Numbered from the stretch's first letter, positions 6,646-18,136 are shown. The stretch is 64,000 nt of DNA from Christensenella sp. UBA7584 (GCA_002477805.1 DLKQ01000038.1:11476-75475); one strand, 5' to 3'. Numbers and translations: made by a program. Notes: a model not told the origin generated them from the letters alone.

Positions 6646-7233
6646 ATGTTTGGATTTATAAAAGGTTTAATAGCTTATAAAAATAAAAATGTGGTAATTA
6701 TAGATTGCAACGGAGTTGGGTATGAAATGCAAATTTCGACAATTTGTTACAATAAAATAGGTGTTATAGGAGATGAAGTTCAACTATGGACACATTTGGC
6801 TGTAAAACAAGATGAAATTAGTTTGGTCGGATTTGAAAGTTTGCAAGAAAGAGAAGTCTTTCGAAAGCTTATATCTGTTAATGGCGTGGGAACAAAAATG
6901 GCTCTTGCAATCTTGGGAGAAATTTCGGCTCAGGATTTGGTTGTTGCTATAGCAACTGGTAAGAGTGAGTTTTTAAAGGGTATCAAAGGAGTCGGAACAA
7001 AAATTAGAGAGAGAATTATTCTTGAATTAAAAGAAAAAATGGGTCAAGTAGATGATGTTAATATCTCTATTACTAACTCCGGAAATAAAGATTTGTTTAA
7101 CAGTGCTGTTTCGATTTTGATGGATTGGGGTGTACAAAAAGGAAATGCAGAAAAAATTATTTCAGATAATATTTCAAATGAGGACAATTTAGAAACACTT
7201 ATTGCAAAAGCCTTTAGAGATATGGGGAGATAG
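6646..7233 (+). CDS. ruvA: Holliday junction branch migration complex subunit RuvA
   Basis: MFGFIKG N-terminus and two helix-hairpin-helix motifs (VNGVGTKMA, IKGVGTKI). Confidence 0.9.
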   Translation: MFGFIKGLIAYKNKNVVIIDCNGVGYEMQISTICYNKIGVIGDEVQLWTHLAVKQDEISLVGFESLQEREVFRKLISVNGVGTKMALAILGEISAQDLVVAIATGKSEFLKGIKGVGTKIRERIILELKEKMGQVDDVNISITNSGNKDLFNSAVSILMDWGVQKGNAEKIISDNISNEDNLETLIAKAFRDMGR

Positions 7234-7236
7234 GGT

Positions 7237-8283
7237 ATGGATGGAGAAAATTTTATAACCAGTTCTAAAACTAAAGTAGATGAACTCATAGAACTAAGTC
7301 TTAGGCCAACAAACTTAAATGAATATATTGGACAAGATAAAATCAAGGAAAGTGTAAAAATCTATATAGATGCAGCAAAGCGTCGTGATGACGCACTTGA
7401 CCACGTTCTTTTGTTTGGGCCTCCAGGACTTGGAAAAACTACTCTTGCTCACATTGTTGCAAATGAACTTGGTTCTCAAATTAGGATTACAAGTGGCCCA
7501 GCTATTTCTCACGCTGCTGATTTGGCGGCAATTCTTACAAACCTTGGAAAAAATGACGTTCTTTTTATTGATGAAATACATAGATTAAATAGGTCGGTTG
7601 AAGAAGTGTTATATCCTGCGATGGAAGATTTTGCGCTTGACTTTGTAGTTGGAAAAGGACCATCAGCTAAAAGTGTTAGAATTAAATTACAACCTTTTAC
7701 TCTTATCGGTGCTACGACAAGAGCTGGTATGCTTACTGGACCATTAAGGGATAGATTTGGGGTTCTTGGACGACTTGAGATGTATAATGACAAGGATTTG
7801 TCTACGATTATTAATCGTTCTGCTAGTATTTTAGGAATAGAAATTGAACCAGAAGCGGAACTTGAAATTGCAAAAAGGTCTAGGGGTACACCTAGAATAG
7901 CTAATCGACTTTTAAAACGAGTTAGAGATTATGCTCAAGTGAAAGGTACTGGAGTTATTACTTTTGAAATGGCAAAAGGTGCACTTTCAATGATGGAAAT
8001 TGACAATATTGGACTGGATAGTGTTGACCATAGAATATTAAATGCCATAATAGATAAATTTGGTGGAGGTCCTGTTGGTCTTGATACGCTTTCAGCATCG
8101 ACAGGAGAGGAGGCTACAACCATTGAAGATGTGTATGAGCCTTATCTTATGCAATTAGGCTTTATTGCTAGAACAAGTCGTGGTCGTATTGCTCTTCCAA
8201 GGGCGTATGGACATTTAGGTAAACAACTTGACCAGCAAAAAGTTGAAATGTTAGAAAAACTTCAAAAATCTGAGCTAAACTAG
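7237..8283 (+). CDS. ruvB: Holliday junction DNA helicase RuvB
   Basis: Walker [10 protein letters not shown], Walker [25 protein letters not shown]. Confidence 0.95.
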   Translation: MDGENFITSSKTKVDELIELSLRPTNLNEYIGQDKIKESVKIYIDAAKRRDDALDHVLLFGPPGLGKTTLAHIVANELGSQIRITSGPAISHAADLAAILTNLGKNDVLFIDEIHRLNRSVEEVLYPAMEDFALDFVVGKGPSAKSVRIKLQPFTLIGATTRAGMLTGPLRDRFGVLGRLEMYNDKDLSTIINRSASILGIEIEPEAELEIAKRSRGTPRIANRLLKRVRDYAQVKGTGVITFEMAKGALSMMEIDNIGLDSVDHRILNAIIDKFGGGPVGLDTLSASTGEEATTIEDVYEPYLMQLGFIARTSRGRIALPRAYGHLGKQLDQQKVEMLEKLQKSELN

Positions 8284-8389
8284 AATTATCTACAAAAAAT
8301 GCCAAAAATTTCTGACAACCTATTTAATTATGCTTGCAAGAATTTTTTAAATGATATATAATTAAAGCATTAAATGTAAGGAGATTGTT

Positions 8390-8941
8390 ATGAATTATTC
8401 AATGCTAGCTAGTGCAGGTTCATTTTTTGAAAAATATTGGCTAATCTTTGTTTTGCTTATTCTTATTGTTGTACTTTACGTGTTTAGCTTCATAAGAAGG
8501 AAAAAATATGGTGAGCAAGCACAGCAAATGTTAAACGAACTCAAGCCTGGTGTGAGAGTGAAAACTTATAGTGGATTTTATGGAAAAATTGTTTCTATAA
8601 AAGAAACAACAGATGGAAAAGTTGTACTACTCGAAACAGGAGAGGGAAACAAAGTTAGTTATACCACTGTTGATGTAAATGCTATTTATGGTATTGACAA
8701 AAAAGAAGATGTTGTCTATGATAAAGACGGCAATATTATTGATGAAAAAGAAAAAACCGAAAGCGTAAAGAAAGAAGATGTTAAAACAGAAGAATCCAAA
8801 CAAGAAAGTGATGTGGGGGAGAAAATAGAAGAGAAGACTGAAGTTTTAGATAAAACAACTGAAGCTCCGAAGAAAAGAAAAACTTCTAATGCAAAAGCGA
8901 AAAAAACTGCTTCAGAAACAGATAAAAAAGAAGAAAAATAA
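8390..8941 (+). CDS. yajC: Preprotein translocase subunit YajC with a long K/E/D-rich C-terminal extension
   Basis: One TM helix followed by the YajC core LKPGVRVKTYSGFYGKIVSI. The last ~90 aa form a low-complexity charged tail. Confidence 0.8.
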   Translation: MNYSMLASAGSFFEKYWLIFVLLILIVVLYVFSFIRRKKYGEQAQQMLNELKPGVRVKTYSGFYGKIVSIKETTDGKVVLLETGEGNKVSYTTVDVNAIYGIDKKEDVVYDKDGNIIDEKEKTESVKKEDVKTEESKQESDVGEKIEEKTEVLDKTTEAPKKRKTSNAKAKKTASETDKKEEK

Positions 8942-8951
8942 GCCAAAAGGC

Positions 8952-9356
8952 TTATTTTTTTCTTAAACTTATACAAATAATTCCTGCAATCATTCCCATA
9001 ACAGAACCAAACACTATGTCATTCAAAACATTTAGCCCAAATGAAAAACTACCATCTAAAATTGAAAAAATAATGTAAGCAAGGAATGTGTATAGTAGTC
9101 CAGTGAAAATTCCGACAATCCAGCCCTGCTTTTGTACGTGTTTACCAACAACAAAGCAAGCAAACAAAATGCTTGCCCCTTTTATAATTTGATTTACTGG
9201 CTGTATTACATTTTCTGAGATGGAAGTGAATTTGATTACAAAAGCAAATATTAAAACACAAACCAGTGAAAAAGCTACTCCCCAAAAAGAGCCTTTTATT
9301 ACATTTAAAACCGATGAGTGTTTTTTAATTTCTTTTAGTGAAGAGGTGTTTATCAT
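8952..9356 (-). CDS. Small integral membrane protein (four predicted TM helices), function unknown
   Basis: Hydrophobic pattern throughout. It converges on yajC and shares the hairpin ATAAGCC-aaaa-GGCTTAT at 8938-8955. Confidence 0.65.
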   Translation of the reverse strand: MINTSSLKEIKKHSSVLNVIKGSFWGVAFSLVCVLIFAFVIKFTSISENVIQPVNQIIKGASILFACFVVGKHVQKQGWIVGIFTGLLYTFLAYIIFSILDGSFSFGLNVLNDIVFGSVMGMIAGIICISLRKK

Positions 9357-9472
9357 TATTTTTCTCCTTGTTTTTTGATTAGTGTATGCAGTGTTAAATT
9401 AGATTTATGCTGTTTTTAAATTGGAAAAAGTGTCAATAATAGTTAAAAAAGGAAAAATTTTCAATATTTTAA

Positions 9473-9501
9473 TTGACTAAAACCTTTCTTTGGGTTATAA
9501 T
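9473..9501 (+). promoter_or_regulatory. SigA-type promoter of secDF
   Basis: TTGACT (9473-9478), 17-nt spacer, TATAAT (9496-9501). Confidence 0.7.
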
Positions 9502-9529
9502 TACTAACATAAATAAAGGGAGCTACTTA

Positions 9530-10852
9530 ATGAACAAGCCAACAGCAATAAAAAGATTTATATTTTTAGTAGTGTTTATGTTAATAGGTTTCGCTTTAAC
9601 ATTTTGCACATTTAACATTCCTTTTACTAATTACACCTATTCAGGCTTTGCTAATTCAATAAAGCTTGGACTGGATATAAAGGGTGGTGTTTTATTAGTT
9701 GGGGAAGCTAAACCTCTTGAAGGTCAAAATGATGCAGACTTTGAGACTCAACTTAACTCAACTGTAACTAGACTTTCAAACATACTTTCTGGAGAGGGGT
9801 ATACAGAGGCACAAGTAACAATTCAACAGGGTTCGAAAATCCGTGTTGAAGTACCAGACATTGATGACCCAGAAACTGTTTTAAATTTGATTGGTACTCC
9901 TGCAAAGATTGAATTTAAGCTTAGCAGTGATGACAATGCAGAGGCTAGAATAACAGGACAACAAATTAAAAATGTCTATGCAAGTTATAGGCCAAGCAGT
10001 GATAGTGGAAGTGAGTATCAATGGGGTGTTGTTGTTGAATTTACAACTGAGGGCGAGCAATTATTCTATAATTTAACAAAAGATGCTTTAGATACAAGCG
10101 AAAAGAAAATTTATATTTACTCAAATGGTGAAGAAATCTCTGAACCAACAGTTAAGTCAGCAATACGAGGTTCTACATTTATTTCAGGAAGTTATGATGA
10201 AGAAGGGGCTAACAATTTCGCTCTTCAAATTATGAGTGGAACCTTTTCTGTTGATCTCGCGTGGGGAGAAACTTCGGTAATTAGTGCTACTCTTGGTGAA
10301 AATGCACTAAAATATGGACTCATTGCAGGAATTATTGGACTCGTGCTTATATTTGCATTTATGTGTTATAGATATAAAATGATGGGGCTTTTATCATCTT
10401 TTGCGCTTTGTTTTTACGTAATAATTTTAATGTTCCTTCTTCAAGCAATTCCATTTGTTCAACTTACTTTGGAAGGTATTGCGGGTATAATTCTTTCTAT
10501 TGGTATGGCGATTGACGCAAACATTATTATATTTGAACGTATCAAAGAAGAATACGCAACAGGGAAAAGACTCTCAACTTCAATTCGTGTTGGGTTTAAA
10601 AAAGGTCTTCCTGCAATTGTTGACTCAAACATAACAACATTTATTGCAGCAATTATTCTTATGATTTTCGGTACAGGTTCAATTCAGGGATTTGCAATAA
10701 CACTTTTCCTTGGTGTTGCTGTATCTATGTTCACATCTTTAGTTGTAACAAGAGGGCTATTGAATATGTATTATCCAATCAACAGCTCGAATGCAAGTCT
10801 ATATTCACTTAAAAGGGAGGTAGGAGTTTATGAATCAAACCAGCAAATGTAA
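9530..10852 (+). CDS. secD: Protein translocase subunit SecD
   Basis: LGLDIKGG motif, a large extracytoplasmic domain, then six TM helices. I moved the start to ATG 9530, behind AAAGGGAG. The ORF-track extension contains the promoter. Confidence 0.9.
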   Translation: MNKPTAIKRFIFLVVFMLIGFALTFCTFNIPFTNYTYSGFANSIKLGLDIKGGVLLVGEAKPLEGQNDADFETQLNSTVTRLSNILSGEGYTEAQVTIQQGSKIRVEVPDIDDPETVLNLIGTPAKIEFKLSSDDNAEARITGQQIKNVYASYRPSSDSGSEYQWGVVVEFTTEGEQLFYNLTKDALDTSEKKIYIYSNGEEISEPTVKSAIRGSTFISGSYDEEGANNFALQIMSGTFSVDLAWGETSVISATLGENALKYGLIAGIIGLVLIFAFMCYRYKMMGLLSSFALCFYVIILMFLLQAIPFVQLTLEGIAGIILSIGMAIDANIIIFERIKEEYATGKRLSTSIRVGFKKGLPAIVDSNITTFIAAIILMIFGTGSIQGFAITLFLGVAVSMFTSLVVTRGLLNMYYPINSSNASLYSLKREVGVYESNQQM

Positions 10853-11915
10853 AGAAAATAAAATTAGTGCCTACTTAAAAAGTGAAAAATTTAAACCTTC
10901 AAAGTTAAGCAAGTACTTTTGGGCACTTAGTGCTACAATATTTCTTGTTGGTTTTATAATGCTTTGCACTCTAGGGTTTAATTTAGGTCTTGATTTTACC
11001 GGTGGAAACATTATGGAAATTAAGGCTGGGGCACAGATTGAGAATGCTGAAACAAAAGCAAATACTGAAAGAGCTATTCAACAAGTCCTAAATGAAGTTG
11101 CGCAGGAATATGGTGGAGTACTTACCCTACAGAGAGCTCAAATTGTTAACAGTGGGGCTGATGCTAGTTTAAGTTTTCAGTATCAAAATATTGCTGGAAA
11201 AAGCACAGAGGAAATGGCTGAAATAAACACAAAAATTACTGAAGCCTTAAAAGTCAAACTCGCAAGTGTTCTTGCTGGTGATGTTGCTTCAATGGTTCAA
11301 GCTTCTGAAAGTAAAAGTGCAAGTGCTAGTGGAGAATTGTTAACAAATTCATTTTTAGCACTTGGAATAGCTATTATAGCAATTCTTATTTATGTTGCTA
11401 TTAGGTTTGACTTAATAGGTGGGCTTTCAGCAGTTATTACGCTATTCCACGATGTAATACTAATGTGTGCACTTGTTGTTATTTTTAGAATTGAGATAAA
11501 CGCAGCATTTATTGCGGCTATTATTACAATTTTAGGATATTCTGTAAACAATACTATAGTTGTTTTTGATAGGCTTCGTGAAAATACTAAAAAAGATATT
11601 TATGCAGGAAAATCTAACAAAGAGATAGCTGATATTTCAGTAAGACAAACTCTAACAAGAACATTCAATACTTCATTTACAACACTCTTAGCGGTAATTT
11701 TGTTGGCAATTATTGGTGTTTCTGCAATTCGTGAATTTATAATTCCTATAATTTTTGGTTTAATTGTAGGAACTTACGCTGCAATATTTATTTCCGCACC
11801 ACTTTGGGCTACTATTATAACAAATTCTCGTTTTGATAAAAGAAAAATCAAGCAAAAACAAAATAAAATAGAAAAATCACGCGTGATTGAAGCTGAGGCG
11901 CAAGCAATTAAATAA
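10830..11915 (+). CDS. secF: Protein translocase subunit SecF
   Basis: LGLDFTGG motif, six TM helices, GGGAGG RBS, 23-nt overlap with secD. Confidence 0.9.
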   Translation: MNQTSKCKENKISAYLKSEKFKPSKLSKYFWALSATIFLVGFIMLCTLGFNLGLDFTGGNIMEIKAGAQIENAETKANTERAIQQVLNEVAQEYGGVLTLQRAQIVNSGADASLSFQYQNIAGKSTEEMAEINTKITEALKVKLASVLAGDVASMVQASESKSASASGELLTNSFLALGIAIIAILIYVAIRFDLIGGLSAVITLFHDVILMCALVVIFRIEINAAFIAAIITILGYSVNNTIVVFDRLRENTKKDIYAGKSNKEIADISVRQTLTRTFNTSFTTLLAVILLAIIGVSAIREFIIPIIFGLIVGTYAAIFISAPLWATIITNSRFDKRKIKQKQNKIEKSRVIEAEAQAIK

Positions 11916-11920
11916 GATAG

Positions 11921-11948
11921 TAAGCCCTAATTTTTAGGGCTTATTTTT
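11921..11948 (+). terminator. Intrinsic terminator after secF
   Basis: TAAGCCCTAA-tttt-TAGGGCTTA followed by TTTTT. Confidence 0.85.
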
Positions 11949-11964
11949 CGAAAAAAGGAAGAAT

Positions 11965-14355
11965 ATGGAATTTCGTAAAATATCAAATTGTGAAATAAAA
12001 TCAGAAAGAATAAAAGAGATTTCTCAAAAATTTTCAGTAACAGAACCTGTTGCTGAGTTGCTTGTTTGTAGAAATATTAAAACTGATGCAGAAATTCAAA
12101 AGTTTTTAAATCCTTCTTTAAATGATTTACATAATCCAATGCTTCTTGATGATATGCCTGAGGCTGTTTTAAAAATAAAAGAAGCTATAAAAAATAATAA
12201 ACGAATTCTAATTTTTGGTGACTATGATGTTGATGGGATAAGTGCAAGTTATATTTTACTTGACTATTTTGAAAGTCTTGGTACTATAGTTGACGCTTTT
12301 TTGCCAAATAGATATGTTGATGGTTATGGGCTTACAATTGGTGCATTAGACCGTGAAATAGTAAGATTTAACCCTGACCTAATAATTACTGTTGACTGTG
12401 GAATAAGTGGGTACAAGGAAGTCGAATATATAAAAAGTAAAGGTATAGATGTTATAATAACCGACCACCACGATTGCCCAGAAATTTTACCTGATTGTCT
12501 AGTTATTGATGCGAAAAAACCAAATCAAAAATACCCGTTTAACGAAATATGTGGAACAGGTGTTGCTTTTAAATTGGTAGAAGCACTATCAAACAGACAA
12601 ACAGCAATGAAATATCTTCCTATAACAGCTTTTGCTACTGTCGCTGATATTGTTCCGCTTTTAGATGAGAATAGAGCAATTGTAAAGTTTGGGCTTGACC
12701 ACAGTATTTCAGATTTTCCTCTTGGAATTGCAACCCTGGCGAAGGAATTAAAAATTACAGGCAAGTTAACAAGCCAAGATGTCAGCTTTAAGCTTGCACC
12801 AAAAATAAATGCTGCTGGGCGAATGGGGAATGCTGACCATAGTTTGCAACTTTATAGAGAAAAAGACAAGTCTAAAATAAACAAACTTATTGCTAAACTT
12901 TTGGAATATAACATAGAAAGACAAGATATTTGTACTCTTGTTTATGAAGATTGTGTGACTGAATTGAAAAAAATAAACTTAGCAAACTACAAGGTTATCG
13001 TCTTAGCAAAAGATAACTGGAATATCGGCATATTAGGTATTGTTGCTGCTAGAATTGCTGAAGAATACAACAGGCCGACTATCCTTTTAGGTAAAGAAGG
13101 TGAGTTTTATAAAGGCTCTTGTAGAAGTTTAATGGGGATGAATATTCATAGTTTGCTTACAAAACTTGAAAACCTTTTAACTAGTTATGGTGGTCACACA
13201 ATGGCGGCGGGAATTACAATTGCTTGTAAAAATCTGAATAAATTCAAAAGTACAATTGAAGAAATTGTTGAGAAGGATTTTCCAGACATATTTTTTGTTC
13301 CACATAGTGATTATGACCTTGAAATTAATACAAAAGATATTAATGCAAAATTTATTGAAGCCTTTTCAAGGCTTGAACCATATGGTTGTCAAAATCCTGT
13401 TCCAATATTTAAAATTAATTTTGATAAAAGTATTTGCAATCCGATGAAAAATAATTCTCACCATCTTATGGTTCAACTTCCAACAGTAACACTTCTTGCT
13501 TTTAATAAGCCAGAATTTTACAATGTAATTAGCCAACACTCACAAAAAAGTGCTCTTGTAGAACTTCAGGTTGATACATATAGGGGGAACAAGAGTTCCA
13601 AAGGTATTATTAAAGCTGTGTGCTTAAATTCTTGTCCAAATGTCAGTGCGGAGCGAATTGGTGGAGAATATATCAAGCAACTAACGCTTTCTAGCTATGG
13701 TCAAAAGCCAAGATTTACAACATATAACAAGCACAATCTTTGTAAACTTTTTAATCAAAATGACTCTTTTTACGGAACATTAATAATTGCCAATACGCTT
13801 CAGAGTTATAAACAGTTTATTGAGCAAAAAAAATGTACAAAAAATGTGGTTTGTTTTGAGTATTTGACTCTAACAAATTCAAATGGATTCAATACACTTT
13901 GTTTGTGTCCAAGTATTTTTAACAACTTAAATAACTTTAATAGGGTAATTCTACTTGATAGCGTCCTTGATGAAGCATATCTTGTATACCTTAACAACAA
14001 AACGAATGCAGAAATTTTCCTTCCACAAAATTCACCTTTTTTGTATGCACCTTTCAAGTCAATAGATCTCTCAAGGAAAGTTTTTGGCGAGTATTTTAAC
14101 CTTATTAAAATGGCAAACAAACAAAATGTTGTTGGTTTTGATGATTTTAATTATTTTAACAAATTAAAACGCCTTAACAAAAATATTAATTATGTTCAGT
14201 TTGTTGCAAGTGTAAATACATTTGAGCAACTTGGAATTATCAATATTTATGACGTTGTTGGAAACTATTTTATAGAAGTGAACTCTGGTACTACAAGTTC
14301 ACTTGAAAAATCAAACTTTTACAATAAATTATCACTTATTTTAAAAACATATTAA
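11965..14355 (+). CDS. recJ: Single-stranded-DNA-specific exonuclease RecJ
   Basis: DHH motifs (GDYDVDGI, VDCG, ITDHHD) and DHHA1 motif (YGGHTMAAG). Confidence 0.9.
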   Translation: MEFRKISNCEIKSERIKEISQKFSVTEPVAELLVCRNIKTDAEIQKFLNPSLNDLHNPMLLDDMPEAVLKIKEAIKNNKRILIFGDYDVDGISASYILLDYFESLGTIVDAFLPNRYVDGYGLTIGALDREIVRFNPDLIITVDCGISGYKEVEYIKSKGIDVIITDHHDCPEILPDCLVIDAKKPNQKYPFNEICGTGVAFKLVEALSNRQTAMKYLPITAFATVADIVPLLDENRAIVKFGLDHSISDFPLGIATLAKELKITGKLTSQDVSFKLAPKINAAGRMGNADHSLQLYREKDKSKINKLIAKLLEYNIERQDICTLVYEDCVTELKKINLANYKVIVLAKDNWNIGILGIVAARIAEEYNRPTILLGKEGEFYKGSCRSLMGMNIHSLLTKLENLLTSYGGHTMAAGITIACKNLNKFKSTIEEIVEKDFPDIFFVPHSDYDLEINTKDINAKFIEAFSRLEPYGCQNPVPIFKINFDKSICNPMKNNSHHLMVQLPTVTLLAFNKPEFYNVISQHSQKSALVELQVDTYRGNKSSKGIIKAVCLNSCPNVSAERIGGEYIKQLTLSSYGQKPRFTTYNKHNLCKLFNQNDSFYGTLIIANTLQSYKQFIEQKKCTKNVVCFEYLTLTNSNGFNTLCLCPSIFNNLNNFNRVILLDSVLDEAYLVYLNNKTNAEIFLPQNSPFLYAPFKSIDLSRKVFGEYFNLIKMANKQNVVGFDDFNYFNKLKRLNKNINYVQFVASVNTFEQLGIINIYDVVGNYFIEVNSGTTSSLEKSNFYNKLSLILKTY

Positions 14356-14361
14356 GGAGCA

Positions 14362-15540
14362 ATGATGGCACGATTTCATTTGCCAAAAGCAAAAACCAAA
14401 CCTAAAGATTATAGCCAATTTCCTTGGACGGAAGAGTTTAGATGCAAATATCCTGTGCAAAAAGTTATTGAAATGATGGATAGTGAACAGATTTCTCTTG
14501 AAAAACTTGTTAATCATCTTCATTTTTATCGTAATTGGGATAGGGATAAAGCAGAACTTGTAAAAGAAGCGGTTTTAAATGAAACAAAGCTTATAAAAAA
14601 TGATCAAGAAATCAATATTGTTATTAATATCCCTTTTTGTGGCTTTAGATGTTTTAATTGTAATAATGTGATGTATGAAAAAGACAAAAATCAGGACATT
14701 TATCCTTATTTTTTTGAAGCACTCAAAAAAGAAATAGAATCAACAAAAGAGATAATAAAAAACAATTATTATATAGTTAGAAATCTGTGTTTTACAGGAA
14801 ATTTGCTTGCTCTTGAAACTGACAAGATTGAATGGCTATTAAAGAGTTTAAATTTTACATTTTGCAATATTTTTGTAGAACTAGGGGCACCGACATTTGT
14901 TGTTCCAGAAAAATTAGAAATTTTAAAGAAATATAATGTTTCCAGAATTATTATAAACGCCCTTACATTTAACACCATTTCGTTACGAAAACTTTGTAGA
15001 AGATTTGAATTTAAGGATTTTTATAAAGCATACAAAATCATTCTGTCATTTGGATTTGAGACTAGTTTTGAGATGGTTGTTGGGCTGTTAGATGAAAAAG
15101 AATTGAGACTAACTAGAAATCTTGAACTTGCTTGTGATTTAGGGGCTAGTAATATAGATATTTACGCTAATCATTGCAGAAATATCACAGAAGCTAACAT
15201 CACGAAACAGCAATTTATTGAGGAAAAAAGAAGACTTTTTGATGTGGCAAACAAGTTTATGTTAAAGCGTGGATACAAGCCTTACTTTTTGTATATGTCA
15301 GAAATTGAAGATGGCTGTTTTGAAAATGTGGGCTGGGCATTGCCAGGAATGGCTTGTACGTTTATGAAAGATAAAGTTGAAATGGTCTCAACAACGATTG
15401 GGCTTGGAACTCAGGCTGAAAGTTTGCTAGTACATAATATTGGAAATAAAAAAGAAACTATGAAAAATCCTTATGATATATCGTTATATGTTTTTGGCAT
15501 TAATGAAATTATAGAAAAAAAGCACGAATTTTTTAGTTAA
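14362..15540 (+). CDS. HemN/HemZ-like radical SAM protein
   Basis: CxxxCxxC cluster motif in NIPFCGFRCFNCNN. Length and layout resemble oxygen-independent coproporphyrinogen oxidase paralogues. Confidence 0.55.
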   Translation: MMARFHLPKAKTKPKDYSQFPWTEEFRCKYPVQKVIEMMDSEQISLEKLVNHLHFYRNWDRDKAELVKEAVLNETKLIKNDQEINIVINIPFCGFRCFNCNNVMYEKDKNQDIYPYFFEALKKEIESTKEIIKNNYYIVRNLCFTGNLLALETDKIEWLLKSLNFTFCNIFVELGAPTFVVPEKLEILKKYNVSRIIINALTFNTISLRKLCRRFEFKDFYKAYKIILSFGFETSFEMVVGLLDEKELRLTRNLELACDLGASNIDIYANHCRNITEANITKQQFIEEKRRLFDVANKFMLKRGYKPYFLYMSEIEDGCFENVGWALPGMACTFMKDKVEMVSTTIGLGTQAESLLVHNIGNKKETMKNPYDISLYVFGINEIIEKKHEFFS

Positions 15541-15656
15541 ACCCTTTACAAAACAATTGGTATATGGTATATTTAATTGTACATTATTCATAGTTAGAGG
15601 AATACTCCTCCTTTTACTCTGAATTTGGATTAAAAATTTCATATGGAGGATAAAAA

Positions 15657-15911
15657 ATGAAAGCAAAATTAGAAGTAATTCAAGAATTTCAACGTAAAGA
15701 GGGAGACACAGGTTCTCCAGAAGTTCAAATTGCTCTTCTTACAAACAGAATTAGACATCTTACAGAGCATTTGAAAGTTCACCCAAAAGACAATCACACA
15801 CGTCGTGGTCTTTTGAAATTAGTTGGAAAACGCAAGGGCTTGCTTAGATATCTTGAAAAAACAGACCTTGAAAAATTCCGCTTGTTGAAAGAACAATTAG
15901 AACTTAGATAG
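15657..15911 (+). CDS. rpsO: 30S ribosomal protein S15
   Basis: [30 protein letters not shown] signature. Confidence 0.95.
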   Translation: MKAKLEVIQEFQRKEGDTGSPEVQIALLTNRIRHLTEHLKVHPKDNHTRRGLLKLVGKRKGLLRYLEKTDLEKFRLLKEQLELR

Positions 15912-15916
15912 TTTTT

Positions 15917-15948
15917 AGCGAAGGTTTTAACAATCTTCGCTTTTATTT
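15917..15948 (+). terminator. Intrinsic terminator or attenuator between rpsO and pnp
   Basis: AGCGAAG-11 nt-CTTCGCT followed by TTTATTT. Confidence 0.7.
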
Positions 15949-15969
15949 AAATAAAAAGGAATCATATAT

Positions 15970-18063
15970 ATGACAAATCATAAAATTTATACAACTACTA
16001 TTGGTGGAAAAGAAGTTACTGTTGAGGTTGGTAAATACGCTCAACAAAGTGATGGAAGTTGCGTGATAAGATGCCAAGATACCGTGGTAATGGTTAATGC
16101 AAATATTGCAAATAACGCTCGTGAAGGTGTTGATTTTTTACCTCTTAGTGTTGATTATGAAGAAAAAATGTATGCGGTTGGGAAAATTCCTGGTGGTTAC
16201 AAACGCAGAGAAGGGCGTGCTTCTGATGGTGCGATTCTTGTTTCACGTCTCATTGATAGGCCATTAAGACCACTTTTCCATAAAAATTTTTATTGTGATA
16301 CAACAGTTGTGGCAACAGTTTTATCTGTTGACCCAGATTGTTCTCCAGAACCTTTTGCGATGCTTGGTGGTTCTATTGCATTGTCGATATCAAAAGCTCC
16401 GTTTAATGGGCCTACTGGTAGCGTTGTTGTAGGTCTTGTTGATGATGGGTTTGTTATCAATCCTGATGCTGGTCAGAGAGAAAAAAGTAACTTACATCTT
16501 ACAGTAAGTGGGACAAAAGAGGCTGTAATGATGGTTGAGGCTAGTGCAAACGAAGTAAGCGAAGAAAAAATTATAGATGCAATTTTGTTTGCTCACGAAG
16601 AAATAAAGAAACAAGTTGAATTTCAAGAACAGATAATGAAAGAGGTTGGAAGAGAAAAAATAGTACTTTCTGAAGATGATAGCGAACTTGTAGAGATGCA
16701 AAAAAGTGTACGTGAATATGCTTTTCCTCTTTTAAAAGAAGCATTGGAAGAAGTTGATAACGATTGTAGAACAGAAAAGTGTAAAATTGTTCAAGAAAAT
16801 GTTTTAGAGTATTTTTCTGAGCAATATGAGGGAAAAACACAGCAAATACTTGCTGAGTTGTTTAAAATAACAAAAGAAATAGTAAGATATAATACACTAA
16901 TAAAAGAAAGACGAATTGATGGCCGTAAATATGATGAAATTCGTCCTATTTGGTGTGAAACGAGTCTTTTACCTAGAGTTCATGGTAGTGCGGTGTTTAC
17001 AAGAGGTAAAACTCAAGCATTAACTACCTGTACATTAGGAATGATGAATGAGGCTCAGAGTATTGAAGGTATTGATGAGGAAGAGCAAAAAAGGTATATG
17101 CATCATTATAATATGCCTGCTTATGCGAATGGTGAAGCAAGAGGATTAAAAGGTCCAGGAAGGCGTGAAATCGGTCACGGAGCTTTAGGAGAACGTGCTA
17201 TTTTGCCTGTTTTGCCTTCTGAAGAAGAATTTCCATATGCGATTCGAACGGTTAGTGAGATTTTAAGTAGTAATGGGTCAACTTCCCAAGCTGCTGTATG
17301 TGGTTCTTCTCTTGCTCTGATGGATGCTGGTGTTCCAATTAAGTCTGCAGTTAGTGGTATTGCTATGGGACTTATGAAAGATAGTGAGAGCGGTAAAATT
17401 GCAATTCTTAGTGATATACAAGGCGAAGAGGATTTTTTTGGAGATATGGATTTTAAAGTTGCTGGGACTCCAAAAGGAATAACTGCTATACAGATGGACA
17501 TAAAGATAAATGGAGTAGATGAAAAAATTTTATCAATGGCTTTAAATCAAGCGAAACAAGGCAGGGCTTTTATTCTTGATAAAATGATGCAAGCAATAGA
17601 TAAACCTAGGTTATGTGTATCAAAATATGCACCTAAAATAATAACTTTCCAAATTGACCCTGAAAAAATTGGAGATGTTGTTGGGAAAAATGGAAAAGTT
17701 ATTAACAAGATAATTGCCATAACAGGTGTAAAAATAGATATTTCTGATGAAGGAAAGGTTGATATTGGAAGTCAAGATCAAGCTATGTGCGAACAAGCAA
17801 AAGAAATTATTCTAAGTATTGTAACTCCAGTTGAGAAAGGTAAAATCTATGATGGGATTGTTTCTAAAATTTCAGCATTTGGAGCTTTTGTGGAATTTGG
17901 ATTTAATAAGGAAGGAATGATACATATTTCTAAACTTTCAGACAAAAGAGTTGAAAAGGTTGAAGATGTTGTAAAGGTGCAAGACAAAGTTAAGGTTGAA
18001 GTTATAAATATAGATGAAAAATCAAGAATCGATTTGAAGCTAATTGAAGTAATGAAGCACTGA
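15970..18063 (+). CDS. pnp: Polyribonucleotide nucleotidyltransferase (PNPase)
   Basis: Two RNase PH domains, FGDMDFKVAGT motif, C-terminal KH and S1 domains. Confidence 0.95.
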   Translation: MTNHKIYTTTIGGKEVTVEVGKYAQQSDGSCVIRCQDTVVMVNANIANNAREGVDFLPLSVDYEEKMYAVGKIPGGYKRREGRASDGAILVSRLIDRPLRPLFHKNFYCDTTVVATVLSVDPDCSPEPFAMLGGSIALSISKAPFNGPTGSVVVGLVDDGFVINPDAGQREKSNLHLTVSGTKEAVMMVEASANEVSEEKIIDAILFAHEEIKKQVEFQEQIMKEVGREKIVLSEDDSELVEMQKSVREYAFPLLKEALEEVDNDCRTEKCKIVQENVLEYFSEQYEGKTQQILAELFKITKEIVRYNTLIKERRIDGRKYDEIRPIWCETSLLPRVHGSAVFTRGKTQALTTCTLGMMNEAQSIEGIDEEEQKRYMHHYNMPAYANGEARGLKGPGRREIGHGALGERAILPVLPSEEEFPYAIRTVSEILSSNGSTSQAAVCGSSLALMDAGVPIKSAVSGIAMGLMKDSESGKIAILSDIQGEEDFFGDMDFKVAGTPKGITAIQMDIKINGVDEKILSMALNQAKQGRAFILDKMMQAIDKPRLCVSKYAPKIITFQIDPEKIGDVVGKNGKVINKIIAITGVKIDISDEGKVDIGSQDQAMCEQAKEIILSIVTPVEKGKIYDGIVSKISAFGAFVEFGFNKEGMIHISKLSDKRVEKVEDVVKVQDKVKVEVINIDEKSRIDLKLIEVMKH

Positions 18064-18136
18064 TAAAGTACTTTTCATTTTTTTACTATGAGTTGTATGT
18101 GGTATATAAGACTCGGGAACGTCATATCTTTAATAT